Source of the DNA: Azolla caroliniana
Taxonomy: Eukaryota > Plantae > Polypodiophyta
Length of the DNA: 64,000 nucleotides
Direction: 5' to 3'
Assembly: GCA_043228905.1 (NCBI GenBank)
Contig: JBHGNT010000018.1
Coordinates: 5,890,001-5,954,000, forward strand
Shown here: positions 53,224 to 64,000 of the stretch, one piece after another
Numbering within the stretch: position 1 is the first letter of the stretch
Layout of the letters: every line of letters starts with the position of its first letter
Notes under the pieces: generated by a model
What the model was told of the DNA's origin: nothing
Database searches by the model: none
Seen by the model: only the letters and a program-made list of their open reading frames with translations
Made by a program: the position numbers and the translations under genes

Positions 53224-53807
53224 GATATGTTCATAATAGCGAAACAAGTCGACACGTGATAGTCCAAGAATAATGTAGTAGTTATTTCATGAACAGTTCG
53301 GTAATATCAGATTATTTAAATTCACTAATGACAACTATGGGATTTGAACCCATGCCTTTTCGGATTGGAGCATTAATACAACGCCTTAGACCACTCGGCC
53401 AAATTGTCGATGTGTTGATAATAGAAAAACAAGTCCACACATGATACTGTTCCTAAAAGTCGAATAAAGGATATACTTACAATTTTTTATGGACCTCTTT
53501 TGGCCATGAATAATATAGTAGTTATTTCCTGAAACTCTGGAAATGTTAGATTATTTAAATTCACTAATGACAACAATGGGATTTGAATCCACGCCCTTTC
53601 GAATTGGAGCCTAAATCCAACACCTTAGACTACTCGGCCAAATTGTCGATGTGTTGATAATAGCAAAACAAGTCCACACTTCATAGTGTTGCTAAAAGTC
53701 AAATAAAGGATATGTTTACAATATTTTATGGCCCTCTTTTGTCCAAGAATAATGTAGTAGTTATTTCATAAAAAGTCTGGAAATGTTAGATAATTTAAAT
53801 TCACTAA

Positions 53808-53887
53808 TGACAACTGTGGGATTTGAACCCACGCCCTTTCGGATTGGAGCCTAAATCCAACGCCTTAGACCACTCGGCCAAATTGTC
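53808..53887 (-). tRNA. tRNA-Leu(TAG), array-consensus copy
   Basis: Identical to 48384-48463. Confidence 0.8.
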
Positions 53888-54712
53888 GATGTGTTCATAA
53901 TAGAAAAACAAGTCCATAGGTGATAGTGCTGCTAAAAGTCAAATAAAGGATATGCTTACAATTTTTTATGGCCCTCTTTGGGCCATGAATAATGTAGTAG
54001 TTATTTCATGAAAAGTTCGGTAATGTTAGATTATTTAAATTCACTAATGACAACTGTGGGATTTGAACCCACGCCCTTTCGGATTGGAGCCTTAATACAA
54101 CGCCTTAGACAACTAGGACAAATTGTTGATGTGTTGATAATGGCAAAACAAGTCCAAACATGATAGTGTTGCTAAAAGTCAAATACAGGATATGCTTACA
54201 ATTTCTTATGGCCCTCTTTTGGCCATGAATAATGTAGTAGTTATTTCATGAAAAGTCTGGTAATGTTAGCTTATTTAAATTCACTAATGACAACTGTGCG
54301 ATTTGAACCCACGCCCTTTCGGATTGGAGCCTAAAGCCAATGCCTTAGAGCACTCGGCCAAATTGTCGATGTGTTGATAATAGCAAAACAAGCCCACACG
54401 TGATAGTCCAAGAAAAATGTAGTAGTTATTTCATGAGAAGTTCGGTAATGTTAGATTATTTAAATTCACTAATGACAACTGTGGGATTTGAACCCACGCC
54501 CTTTCGGATTGGAGCCTAAATCCAACGCCTTAGACTACTCGGCCAAATTATCGATGTGTTGATAATAGAAAAACAAGTCCAGACTTAATAGTGTTGCTAA
54601 AAGTCAAATAAAGGATATGTTTACAATATTTTATGGCCCTCTTTTGTCCAAGAATAATGGAGTAGTTATTTCATGAAAAGTCTGGAAATATTAGATAATT
54701 TAAATTCACTAA

Positions 54713-54792
54713 TGACAACTGTGGGATTTGAACCCACGCCCTTTCGGATTGGAGCCTAAATCCAACGCCTTAGACCACTCGGCCAAATTGTC
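54713..54792 (-). tRNA. tRNA-Leu(TAG), array-consensus copy
   Basis: Identical to 48384-48463. Confidence 0.8.
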
Positions 54793-57017
54793 GATGTGTT
54801 CATAATTGAAAAACAAGTCCACAGGTGATAGTGTTGCTAAAAGTCGAATCAAGGATATGCTTACAATTTTTTATGGCCATGAATAATGTAGTAGTTATTT
54901 CTTGAAAACTCTGGAAATGTTAGATTATTTAAATTCACTAATGACAACTGTGGGATTTGAACCCACGCCCTTTCAGATTGGAGCCTAAATCCAACGCCTT
55001 AGACCACTCGGCCAATTTGTCGATGTGTTCATAATAGAACAACAAGTCCACACGTGATAGTCCAAGAATAATGTAGTAGTTATTTCATGAAAAGTTCGGT
55101 AATGTTAGATTATTTAAATTCAATATTGACAACTGTGGGATTTGAACCCACGCCCTTTCGGATTGGAGCCTTAATACAACGCCTTAAACAAGTAGGACAA
55201 ATTGTTGATGTGTTGATAATGGCAAAACAAGTCCACACATGATACTGTTGCTAAAAGTCGAATAAAGGATATGCGTACAATTTTTTATGGCCATGAATAA
55301 TGTAGTAGTTATTTCTTGAAAACTCTGGAAATGTTAGATTATTTAAATTCACTAATGACAACTGTGGGATTTGAACCCACGCCCGTTCGGCTTGAAGCCT
55401 TAATCTAACGCCTTAGAACACTCGGCCAAATTGTCGATGTGTTGATAATAGCAAAACAACACACTTCATAGTGTTGCTAAAAGTCGAATAAAGGATATGT
55501 TTACAATTTTCTATTGCCCTCTTTTGGCCATGAATAATGTAGTAGTTATTTCATAACATATCAATTTTTTATGGCCCTCTTTGGCCATGAATAATGTAGT
55601 AGTTATTGCATGAAAAGTCGGGTACTATTAGATTATTTAAATTCACTAATGACAACTGTGGGATTTGAACCGACGCCCTTTCGGATTGGAGCCTAAATCC
55701 AACGCCTTAGACTACTCGGCCAAATTGTCGATGTGTTGATAATACAAAAAACAAGTCCACACTTCATAGTGCTGCTAAAAATCAAGGATATGCTTACAAT
55801 ATATTATGGCCCTCTTTTGTCCAAGAATAATGTAGTAGTTATTTCATCAAAAGTCTGGAAATTTTAGACAATTTAAATTCACTAATGACAACTGTGGGAT
55901 TTGAACCCACGCCTTTTCGGATTGGAGCCTAAATCCAATGCCTTAGACCACTCGGCCAAATTGTCGATGTGTTCATAATTGAAAAACAAGTCCATAGGTG
56001 ATAGTGTTTGCTAAAAGTCGAATAAAGGATATGCTTACAATTTCTTATGGCCCTCTTTTGGCCATGAATAATGTAGTAGTTATTTCTTGAAAACTCTGGA
56101 AATGTTAGATTATTTAAATTCACTAATGACAACTGTGGGATTTGAACCCGCGCCCTTTCGGATTGGAGCCTAAATCCAACGCCTTAGACCACTCGGCGAA
56201 ATTGTCGATATGTTCATAATAGCGAAACAAGTCGACACGTGATAGTCCAAGAATAATGTAGTAGTTATTTCATGAAAAGTTCGGCAATGTTAGATTATTT
56301 CAATTCACTAATGACAACTATGGGATTTGAACCACTGCCTTTTCGGATTGGAGCATTAATACAACGCCTTAGACCACCCGGCCAAATTGTCGATGTGTTG
56401 ATAATGGCAAAACAAGTCCACACATGATACTGTTGCTAAAAGTCGAATAAAGGATATGCGTACAATTTTTTATGGCCATGAATAATGTAGTAGTTATTTC
56501 TTGAAAACTCTGGAAATGTTAGATTATTTAAATTCACAAATGACAACGGTGGGATTTGACCCCACGCCCGTTCGGCTTGAAGCCTAAATCCAACGCCTTA
56601 GAACACTCGGCCAAATTGTCGATGTGTTGAAAATAGCAAAACAACACACTTCATAGTGTTGCTAAAAGTCGAATAAAGGATATGTTTACAATTTTTTATG
56701 GCCCTCTTTTTGCCATGAATAATGTAGTAGTTATTTCATGAAATGTTCGGTAATGTTAGATTATTTAAATTCAATATTGACAACTGTGGGATTTGAACCC
56801 ACGCCCTTTCGGATTGGAGCCTTAATACAACGCCTTAGACAACTAGGACAAATTGTTGATGTGGTGATAATGGCAAAACAAGTCCACACATGATAGTGTT
56901 GCTAAAAGTCGAATAAAGGATATGCTTACAATTTTTTATGGCCCTCTTTTGGCCATGAATAATGTAGTAGTTATTTCATGAAAAGTCTGGTAATGTTAGC
57001 TTATTTAAATTCACTAA

Positions 57018-57097
57018 TGACAACTGTGGGATTTGAACCCACGCCCTTTCGGATTGGAGCCTAAATCCAACGCCTTAGACCACTCGGCCAAATTGTC
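57018..57097 (-). tRNA. tRNA-Leu(TAG), array-consensus copy
   Basis: Identical to 48384-48463. Confidence 0.8.
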
Positions 57098-58146
57098 GAT
57101 GTGTTCATAATTGAAAAACAAGTCCACAAGTGATAGTGTTGCTAAAAGTCGAATAAAGGATATGCTTACAATTTTTTATGGCCCTCTTTTGGCCATGCAT
57201 AATGTAGTAGGTATTTCTTGAAAACTCTGCAAATGTTAGATTATTTAAATTCACTAATGACAACTGTGGGATTTGAACCCACACCCTTTCAGATTGGAGC
57301 CTAAATCCAACGCCTTAGACCACTCGGCCAAATTGTCGATGTGTTCATAATAGAACAACAAGTCCACACGTGATAGTCCAAGAATAATGTAGTAGTTATT
57401 TCATGAAAAGTTCGGTAATGTTAGATTATTTAAATTCAATATTGACAACTGTGGGATTTGAACCCACGCCCTTTCGGATTGGAGCCTTAATACAACGCCT
57501 TAGACAACTAGGACAAATTGTTGATGTGTTGATAATGGCAAAACAAGTCCACACATGATAGTGTTGCTAAAAGTCGAATAAAGGATATGCGTACAATTTT
57601 TTATGGCCATGAATAATGTAGTAGTTATTTCCTGAAAACTCTGGAAATGTTAGATTATTTAAATTCACTAATGACAACGGTGGGATTTGAACCCACGCCC
57701 GTTCGGCTTGAAGCCTAAATCCAACGCCTTAGAACACTCGGCCAAATTGTCGATGTGTTGATAATAGCAAAACAACACACTTCATAGTGTTGCTAAAAGT
57801 CGAATAAAGGATATGTTTACAATTTTTTATGGCCCTCTTTTTGCCATGAATAATGTAGTAGTTTTTTCATGAAAAGTCTGGTACTGTTAGATTATTTAAA
57901 TTCACTAATGACAACTGTGGGATTTGAACCCACGCCCTTTTGGATTGGAGCCTAAATGCAACGCCTTAGACCACTCGGCCAAATTGTCGATGTGTTCATA
58001 ATAGAAAAACAAGTCCATAGGTGAGTGTTGCTAAAAGTCGAATAAAGGATATGCTTAAAATTTTTTATGGCCCTCTTTTGGCCATGAATAATGTAGTAGT
58101 TATTTCATGAAAAGTCTGGTAATGTTAGCTTATTTAAATTCACTAA

Positions 58147-58226
58147 TGACAACTGTGGGATTTGAACCCACGCCCTTTCGGATTGGAGCCTAAATCCAAC
58201 GCCTTAGACCACTCGGCCAAATTGTC
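58147..58226 (-). tRNA. tRNA-Leu(TAG), array-consensus copy
   Basis: Identical to 48384-48463. Confidence 0.8.
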
Positions 58227-58461
58227 GATGTGTTGATAATAGCAAAACAAGTCCACATGTGATAGTCCAAGAAAAATGTAGTAGTTATTTGATGAAAAGT
58301 TTGGTAATGTTAGATTATTTAAATTCACTAACGACAACTATGGGATTTGAACCCACGCCCTTTCGGATTGAAGCCTAAATCCAACGCCTTAGACCACTCG
58401 GTCAAATTGTTGATGTGTTAACAAAACAAGTCCATACTTCATAGTGTTGTTAAAGAGTCTT

Positions 58462-58561
58462 NNNNNNNNNNNNNNNNNNNNNNNNNNNNNNNNNNNNNNN
58501 NNNNNNNNNNNNNNNNNNNNNNNNNNNNNNNNNNNNNNNNNNNNNNNNNNNNNNNNNNNNN
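58462..58561. other. Assembly gap (100 N)
   Basis: Run of N. Confidence 1.
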
Positions 58562-61055
58562 ACGAATGCTATTGGTTTACCATCTTGATACAAGACAGCA
58601 CCTATAGCATAATCGCTTGCGTCGGTTTCAACCTCAAAAGGTTTTGAAGGATCGGGTAAAAGAAGTGAAGGAGCCTTGCATACCAAGTCCTTGAGTTCCT
58701 TAAAGGCGAGGTCTAGTGTAGCATTCCACACAATAGGTTTTGTAGACTTACGCGTTTGACCTTTTAGAAGATCAGTAAACGGCGTCGTCAATTGTGAGTA
58801 ATTACGAAGAGATTTTCGCAAAAATCCGACAAAACCAAGGAATGATCGAACTTCTCGAATATTCCGAAGAGTGGGCCAAAGCTTGATTTTCTCGATGCGA
58901 GAAGGATCAATTTCAACTCCTCGTTCGGTTATGAGATGTCCAAGATAAGTAATTGATTTCTTGAAGAACTCACATTTTGAGATCTTCGCGTAAAATTGTT
59001 TGTCACGCAATATTTGTAAAACAAAGCGGACATGTCTAGCATGTTCTTGTAATGTACGGCTATAAACTAAAATATCATCTAAGAAGATAACGACAAATTT
59101 TCCAAGTTGTTCTCGGAAAATGTCATTCATTTCTTGTTGAAATGTAGCCGGAGCATTGGTCAAACCAAAAGGCATAACCAAAAACTCATAATGGCCGTAG
59201 CGCGTACGAAATGCTGTTTTAGGAACATCGTCCTCACTTATTCGTATTTGATGGTAGCCAGTACGGAGATCAAGTTTCGTAAAATACCGAGCTCCCTGGA
59301 GACGGTCAATTAGATCGTCAGCCCGGGGCAATGGGTACGAATTCTTGATCGTCACTTTATTCAAGCGTCGGTAATTAATACACATACGCCATGTGCCCTC
59401 TTTCTTTTTAACCAAGAGAACTGGTGCACCCCATGGAGATTTACTATAACGTATATAACCCATTCGTAAATAGTCCTTAAGTTGCTTAGCTACCTCATCC
59501 TCTTCAGATCGACTTAGGCGATACGGAGGTATACTAATGGGTGCAATGCCAGGTACAATATCTATACGATGGTCTATATTACGTTTAGGAGGTAAACCAT
59601 CGGGTAGTTCACTCGGAAAAACATCACGAAAATCGTTTACGATTTCATCAAGTTGTTTTTGTTCAAAATATGTTAATTGACCCGAGACATTATCGATATT
59701 GTAAACGTGAATGTCCGGATCAAGTACACAATAAAATAACGTAGAACAAGACAACTCGGATATTGATGGACACGAGGAAACAATCGAGAGGGATTGTTTT
59801 GTTACACATTGAATAAAATGCGTACAATCGTTGAGTACAAAAGAAATGGAATGGCGAACCCAATCAATAAATAAAGAAGAGCTTTTATTATAAAACCAGG
59901 GATAACCCAGTATTACATCGGTGGTACTAAGATTCATTACATGGAAGTCTACTTCCTCTATATAGGTATCAATAGAAATTCCTAAAGAATGAATCGCCCC
60001 GTTGATGTGTTGTACTCTTCCATCAGCCAAGTGCACCGTGTAGGTGTGATCACTTACGGTGGGTTGGATTCCCCATATCTGTACCAAACGATCATTCACA
60101 AAATTGTGTGAGCTTCCCGAATCAAATAAAAATTGTACGGGAGATCCATTGATATACCCGTTTGCACGTAGTAAATCATTGGGACCCAATACATAATGAG
60201 GGAAAGAACATTGACAATTACTCAAATGATGTGTATAGACCTGAAGGACATTAGGAATCTGACCTTTATGGTCTGTAGCTTTAGGTTTGGCGTCGTGCTC
60301 TTTTCGTTGGAGCTTACGACATTGCTCTTTTGTATGACCCTTCTTTTTGCAGAATACGCAAAAAGGATGTTGTCGCTTATAATCGCGATCCATGAATTCG
60401 TTGGGTGTCTTGCGTCTCCCAACGAATTGCGACTGCTTAGTCCCGGGCGCTTCGTTGGGTTTGTTATGGTCCTTCTTCGAAGTGCGTTGATAGCGAAGAA
60501 CTATCTCAACGGCCTCTTCGAAGGATTTTGGATCCTTATCGTGCACTATCCAGTGATAGTCCGAATTGGGGATGCCATTGACAAAACAAGCTATTAACCA
60601 ATTGTCCCCTTCTAGACCCGATTTTTGGATTTGGGTTCTAGCATGGTGGACATAGTCTTCTAGCGAGGAAAACTTCCTGCTAGAGAGGTTCATTAAAGCT
60701 TGTGCTGCCTCGGTTCGAGAGGGAGGTTGTAGAAATTGACCCTTGAAAACTGTGACAAAGTCTGTCCAGGTCTCGGGCAATCTCCCCAAAGTTCGGAGCC
60801 CACGCCACCAAGCGGCGGCCTTACCCCCTAGTTCTCGGCCGACATATGCAATCTTCGTACTATCTGGCGTGGGATAGAGCTCAAAATGAGACTCCCATCG
60901 GCCCAGCCACGTGCAGATTGCTTCTTCGGTTCTTTCCTTTTTATCTCCCGTAAATGGCTTTACGACAAATGATGGTTCACCCTGACGCTCATCAGGTCTA
61001 TTAATCTCATTTTGGAGACTAATGACTCGTGCCTCGAGAGCACTTTGAGATTGCC
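58562..61055 (-). mobile_element. Chromovirus-D family gag-PR-RT-RH segment, uninterrupted frame
   Basis: ORF 58450-61140 closely matches D 29630-32120 and lacks D's stop codons. Confidence 0.93.
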
Positions 61056-61196
61056 AGAAATAATCATTCAATGGCTCAGAATAACGACCCGATGCCCTCC
61101 GCTCAAGCGGAAAGACCTCAAGGAAATCCTCCTGGGACAATGTCCATTGAGGCGTATATTTTACAAGTACAACATTTCCTTAGTTCAACCGCGCAA

Positions 61197-62276
61197 CAGT
61201 AAACGGCGTCGTCAATTGTGAGTAATTACGAAGAGATTTTCGCAAAAATCCGACAAAACCAAGGAATGATCGAACTTCTCGAATATTCCGAAGAGTGGGC
61301 CAAAGCTTGATTTTCTCGATGCGAGAAGGATCAATTTCAACTCCTCGTTCGGTTATGAGATGTCCAAGATAAGTAATTGATTTCTTGAAGAACTCACATT
61401 TTGAGATCTTCGCGTAAAATTGTTTGTCACGCAATATTTGTAAAACAAAGCGGACATGTCTAGCATGTTCTTGTAATGTACGGCTATAAACTAAAATATC
61501 ATCTAAGAAGATAACGACAAATTTTCCAAGTTGTTCTCGGAAAATGTCATTCATTTCTTGTTGAAATGTAGCCGGAGCATTGGTCAAACCAAAAGGCATA
61601 ACCAAAAACTCATAATGGCCGTAGCGCGTACGAAATGCTGTTTTAGGAACATCGTCCTCACTTATTCGTATTTGATGGTAGCCAGTACGGAGATCAAGTT
61701 TCGTAAAATACCGAGCTCCCTGGAGACGGTCAATTAGATCGTCAGCCCGGGGCAATGGGTACGAATTCTTGATCGTCACTTTATTCAAGCGTCGGTAATT
61801 AATACACATACGCCATGTGCCCTCTTTCTTTTTAACCAAGAGAACTGGTGCACCCCATGGAGATTTACTATAACGTATATAACCCATTCGTAAATAGTCC
61901 TTAAGTTGCTTAGCTACCTCATCCTCTTCAGATCGACTTAGGCGATACGGAGGTATACTAATGGGTGCAATGCCAGGTACAATATCTATACGATGGTCTA
62001 TATTACGTTTAGGAGGTAAACCATCGGGTAGTTCACTCGGAAAAACATCACGAAAATCGTTTACGATTTCATCAAGTTGTTTTTGTTCAAAATATGTTAA
62101 TTGACCCGAGACATTATCGATATTGTAAACGTGAATGTCCGGATCAAGTACACAATAAAATAACGTAGAACAAGACAACTCGGATATTGATGGACACGAG
62201 GAAACAATCGAGAGGGATTGTTTTGTTACACATTGAATAAAATGCGTACAATCGTTGAGTACAAAAGAAATGGAAT
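61197..62276 (-). mobile_element. Duplicate D-family RT segment
   Basis: Appears identical to ~58773-59851. Confidence 0.9.
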
Positions 62277-64000
62277 TATTTGCGGTTATACATGCGCTCA
62301 AAACATGGCGCCATTATCTTTATGGAAATCGCTTTGTGGTAACTACGGACCACGAGTCCTTGAAATATTTTTGTGACCAACAAGACCTGAAAGGTCGTAA
62401 GGCACGATGGGCTGATCTCATCCAGGACTTTGATTTTTCCATACGATATCGTAAAGGTTCCATGAATACTGTCGCTGATGCACTAAGTCGCATCCGTGAA
62501 GTTAACATGCTTAGCTTCACTGAAATAACATCAGATCTTTATGATCACCTTCGAGGAAAGTATCCTGATGACAATTATTTTGCAAAATACTGGGCAAGAG
62601 TCGAGTCTGGAACAGACACCACCACACCCTCGAAGGAATACTTCCACATTGCTAACGGTCTGCTCTACCGTAATGGGAAGGTTTGTGTTCCAGATTTACC
62701 TGAGGTCAAAAAGAGAATTCTTTTTGAATGCCATGATGCACCCTCAGCAAGGCACCCTGGAATACATCGTACACTCGTTCTCATCTCCACTCAATTTTAT
62801 TGGCCTAAGATGCGTCCTGACATACATAGCTATGTGACTAAATGTCACCAATGTCAGGTTAACAAAGCCGAGCGACTTAAAGCCGCAGGACTTTTACATC
62901 CCTTGGACATTCCCAATAATAAGTGGGAAAGTATATCCATGGATTTTATTGTTAGCCTTCCTCGCACCCAAAAAGGTCATGATGCCATATGGGTTGTGGT
63001 TGACAGACTAACTAAAATGGCCAGATTTATTGCTACTAAAACCACGGTAACAGCTCCTGAATTGGCTTACCAATTCGTTGATGAGTTATTTCGTTTTTAC
63101 GGGTTACCGATGGATATCGTGAGTGACCGAGATCCGAAGTTTACTAGTGACTTCTGGACGCAAGTCTTTAAGAAGTTAGAAACTACGTTGAGCATGAGCT
63201 CCACGGATCATCCTCAATCCGATGGACAGACAGAACGAGTAAATCAAATTATTGAGGACATGCTTCGAGCATACGTTGGTGCAAAACCAACAAAATGGGA
63301 ACGTTACCTCCCAATTTTGGAGTTTGCTTATAACAGCTCCAAGCATACGTCGACGGGATATAGTCCTTTTATGTTGATGTATGGATTTCAGCCACGAGCC
63401 CCGATTGATGTTAATATACATCATGATGAGTTGCGAAGTACGCAAAACTTTCTTCGGGATATGCAAGATATGTTGCATATTGCACGGGATAATATAAAAA
63501 CAGCTCAAGATAGAGCGCGTTTTTATGCCGATCATCACAGGCAACCTCGTGTATTCAGCCCTGGACAGAAGGTATTTTTACGTGTACCTCACAATTCTAA
63601 GACATTGTCTACGGGTAAGTGCGCTAAGTTAGCCCCACGGTTTTGTGGACCTTTTACAGTCCTCAAACGCATTGGATCATCAGCCTATCGTCTCGCTCTT
63701 CCCGATGGTGTTGGAATCCATCCAGTCTTTCATGTAAGTCGTCTAAAAGAACTTCTAGGTTCTGGCGACAATACAGTTACAACTGAAACTCTGGTTACTT
63801 CTGAAGATTTATCTTCTAAACCACATGTACCAGAAAGAATTCTCGATGTTAAAACAAAAAAATTACGTGCTAAGGAAATCCGAGAATTTAAAATAAAATG
63901 GATGGATAAATCAATCAAAGATGCCACATGGGAATGCGAAACGACTCTCAGAACTAAATTCCCTAACTTTCCATTGCAAGAGTGCAATGTTTTAAAGAGG
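62272..64000 (+). mobile_element. D-family RH-INT-chromodomain segment ending at the PPT
   Basis: Colinear with D 32171-33899. Confidence 0.93.

Larger units (their letters stand above)
48093..58461 (-). repeat. tRNA-Leu tandem array, block 3 (~46 homogeneous monomers, mostly 185/229/240 bp) running into an assembly gap
   Basis: Cores from 48195 to 58332, all in one orientation, with recurring diagnostic variants. Confidence 0.97.

Noticed and set aside
48093-58461. CRISPR-like repeat/spacer array
   Set aside because: The spacers are homologous to one another, the conserved core is a tRNA, there are no cas genes, and the context is eukaryotic.
2790-58461. Array as clustered SINE insertions
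   Set aside because: No TSDs or tails. Both flanks of the tRNA are co-amplified head-to-tail, which indicates DNA-level tandem amplification.
58450-61140. 896-aa ORF as an intact gene
   Set aside because: Its N-terminus comes from an inverted junction fragment and its C-terminus runs through the N gap.

Overview
Heterochromatin-like plant DNA with no host protein-coding gene. A non-seed land plant is likely, inferred from the retroelement types. The backbone is a head-to-tail tandem array whose monomer (about 185-335 bp) carries one 80-nt tRNA-Leu(TAG) gene or pseudogene on the minus strand. I count about 86 copies by eye in three blocks: ~2790-11491 (~30, degenerate), ~40455-43042 (10) and ~48093-58461 (~46, homogeneous, with higher-order repeats). 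At least 11 copies are identical and fold into a complete cloverleaf that differs from the usual plant tRNA-Leu(UAG) by compensatory base-pair changes. Some sub-lineages have switched anticodon (AAT, AAG, TTG). The array is broken by a five-level nest of LTR retrotransposons: Athila-like Gypsy, Tcn1-like chromovirus, Copia, Trp-primed Gypsy and iMet-primed chromovirus. A second Copia is inserted into an anticodon loop. After a 100-N gap the window ends in a scrambled, probably chimeric or misassembled, copy of the iMet chromovirus. All alignments, counts and structures were made by eye. Family assignments are motif-based, not database-verified.
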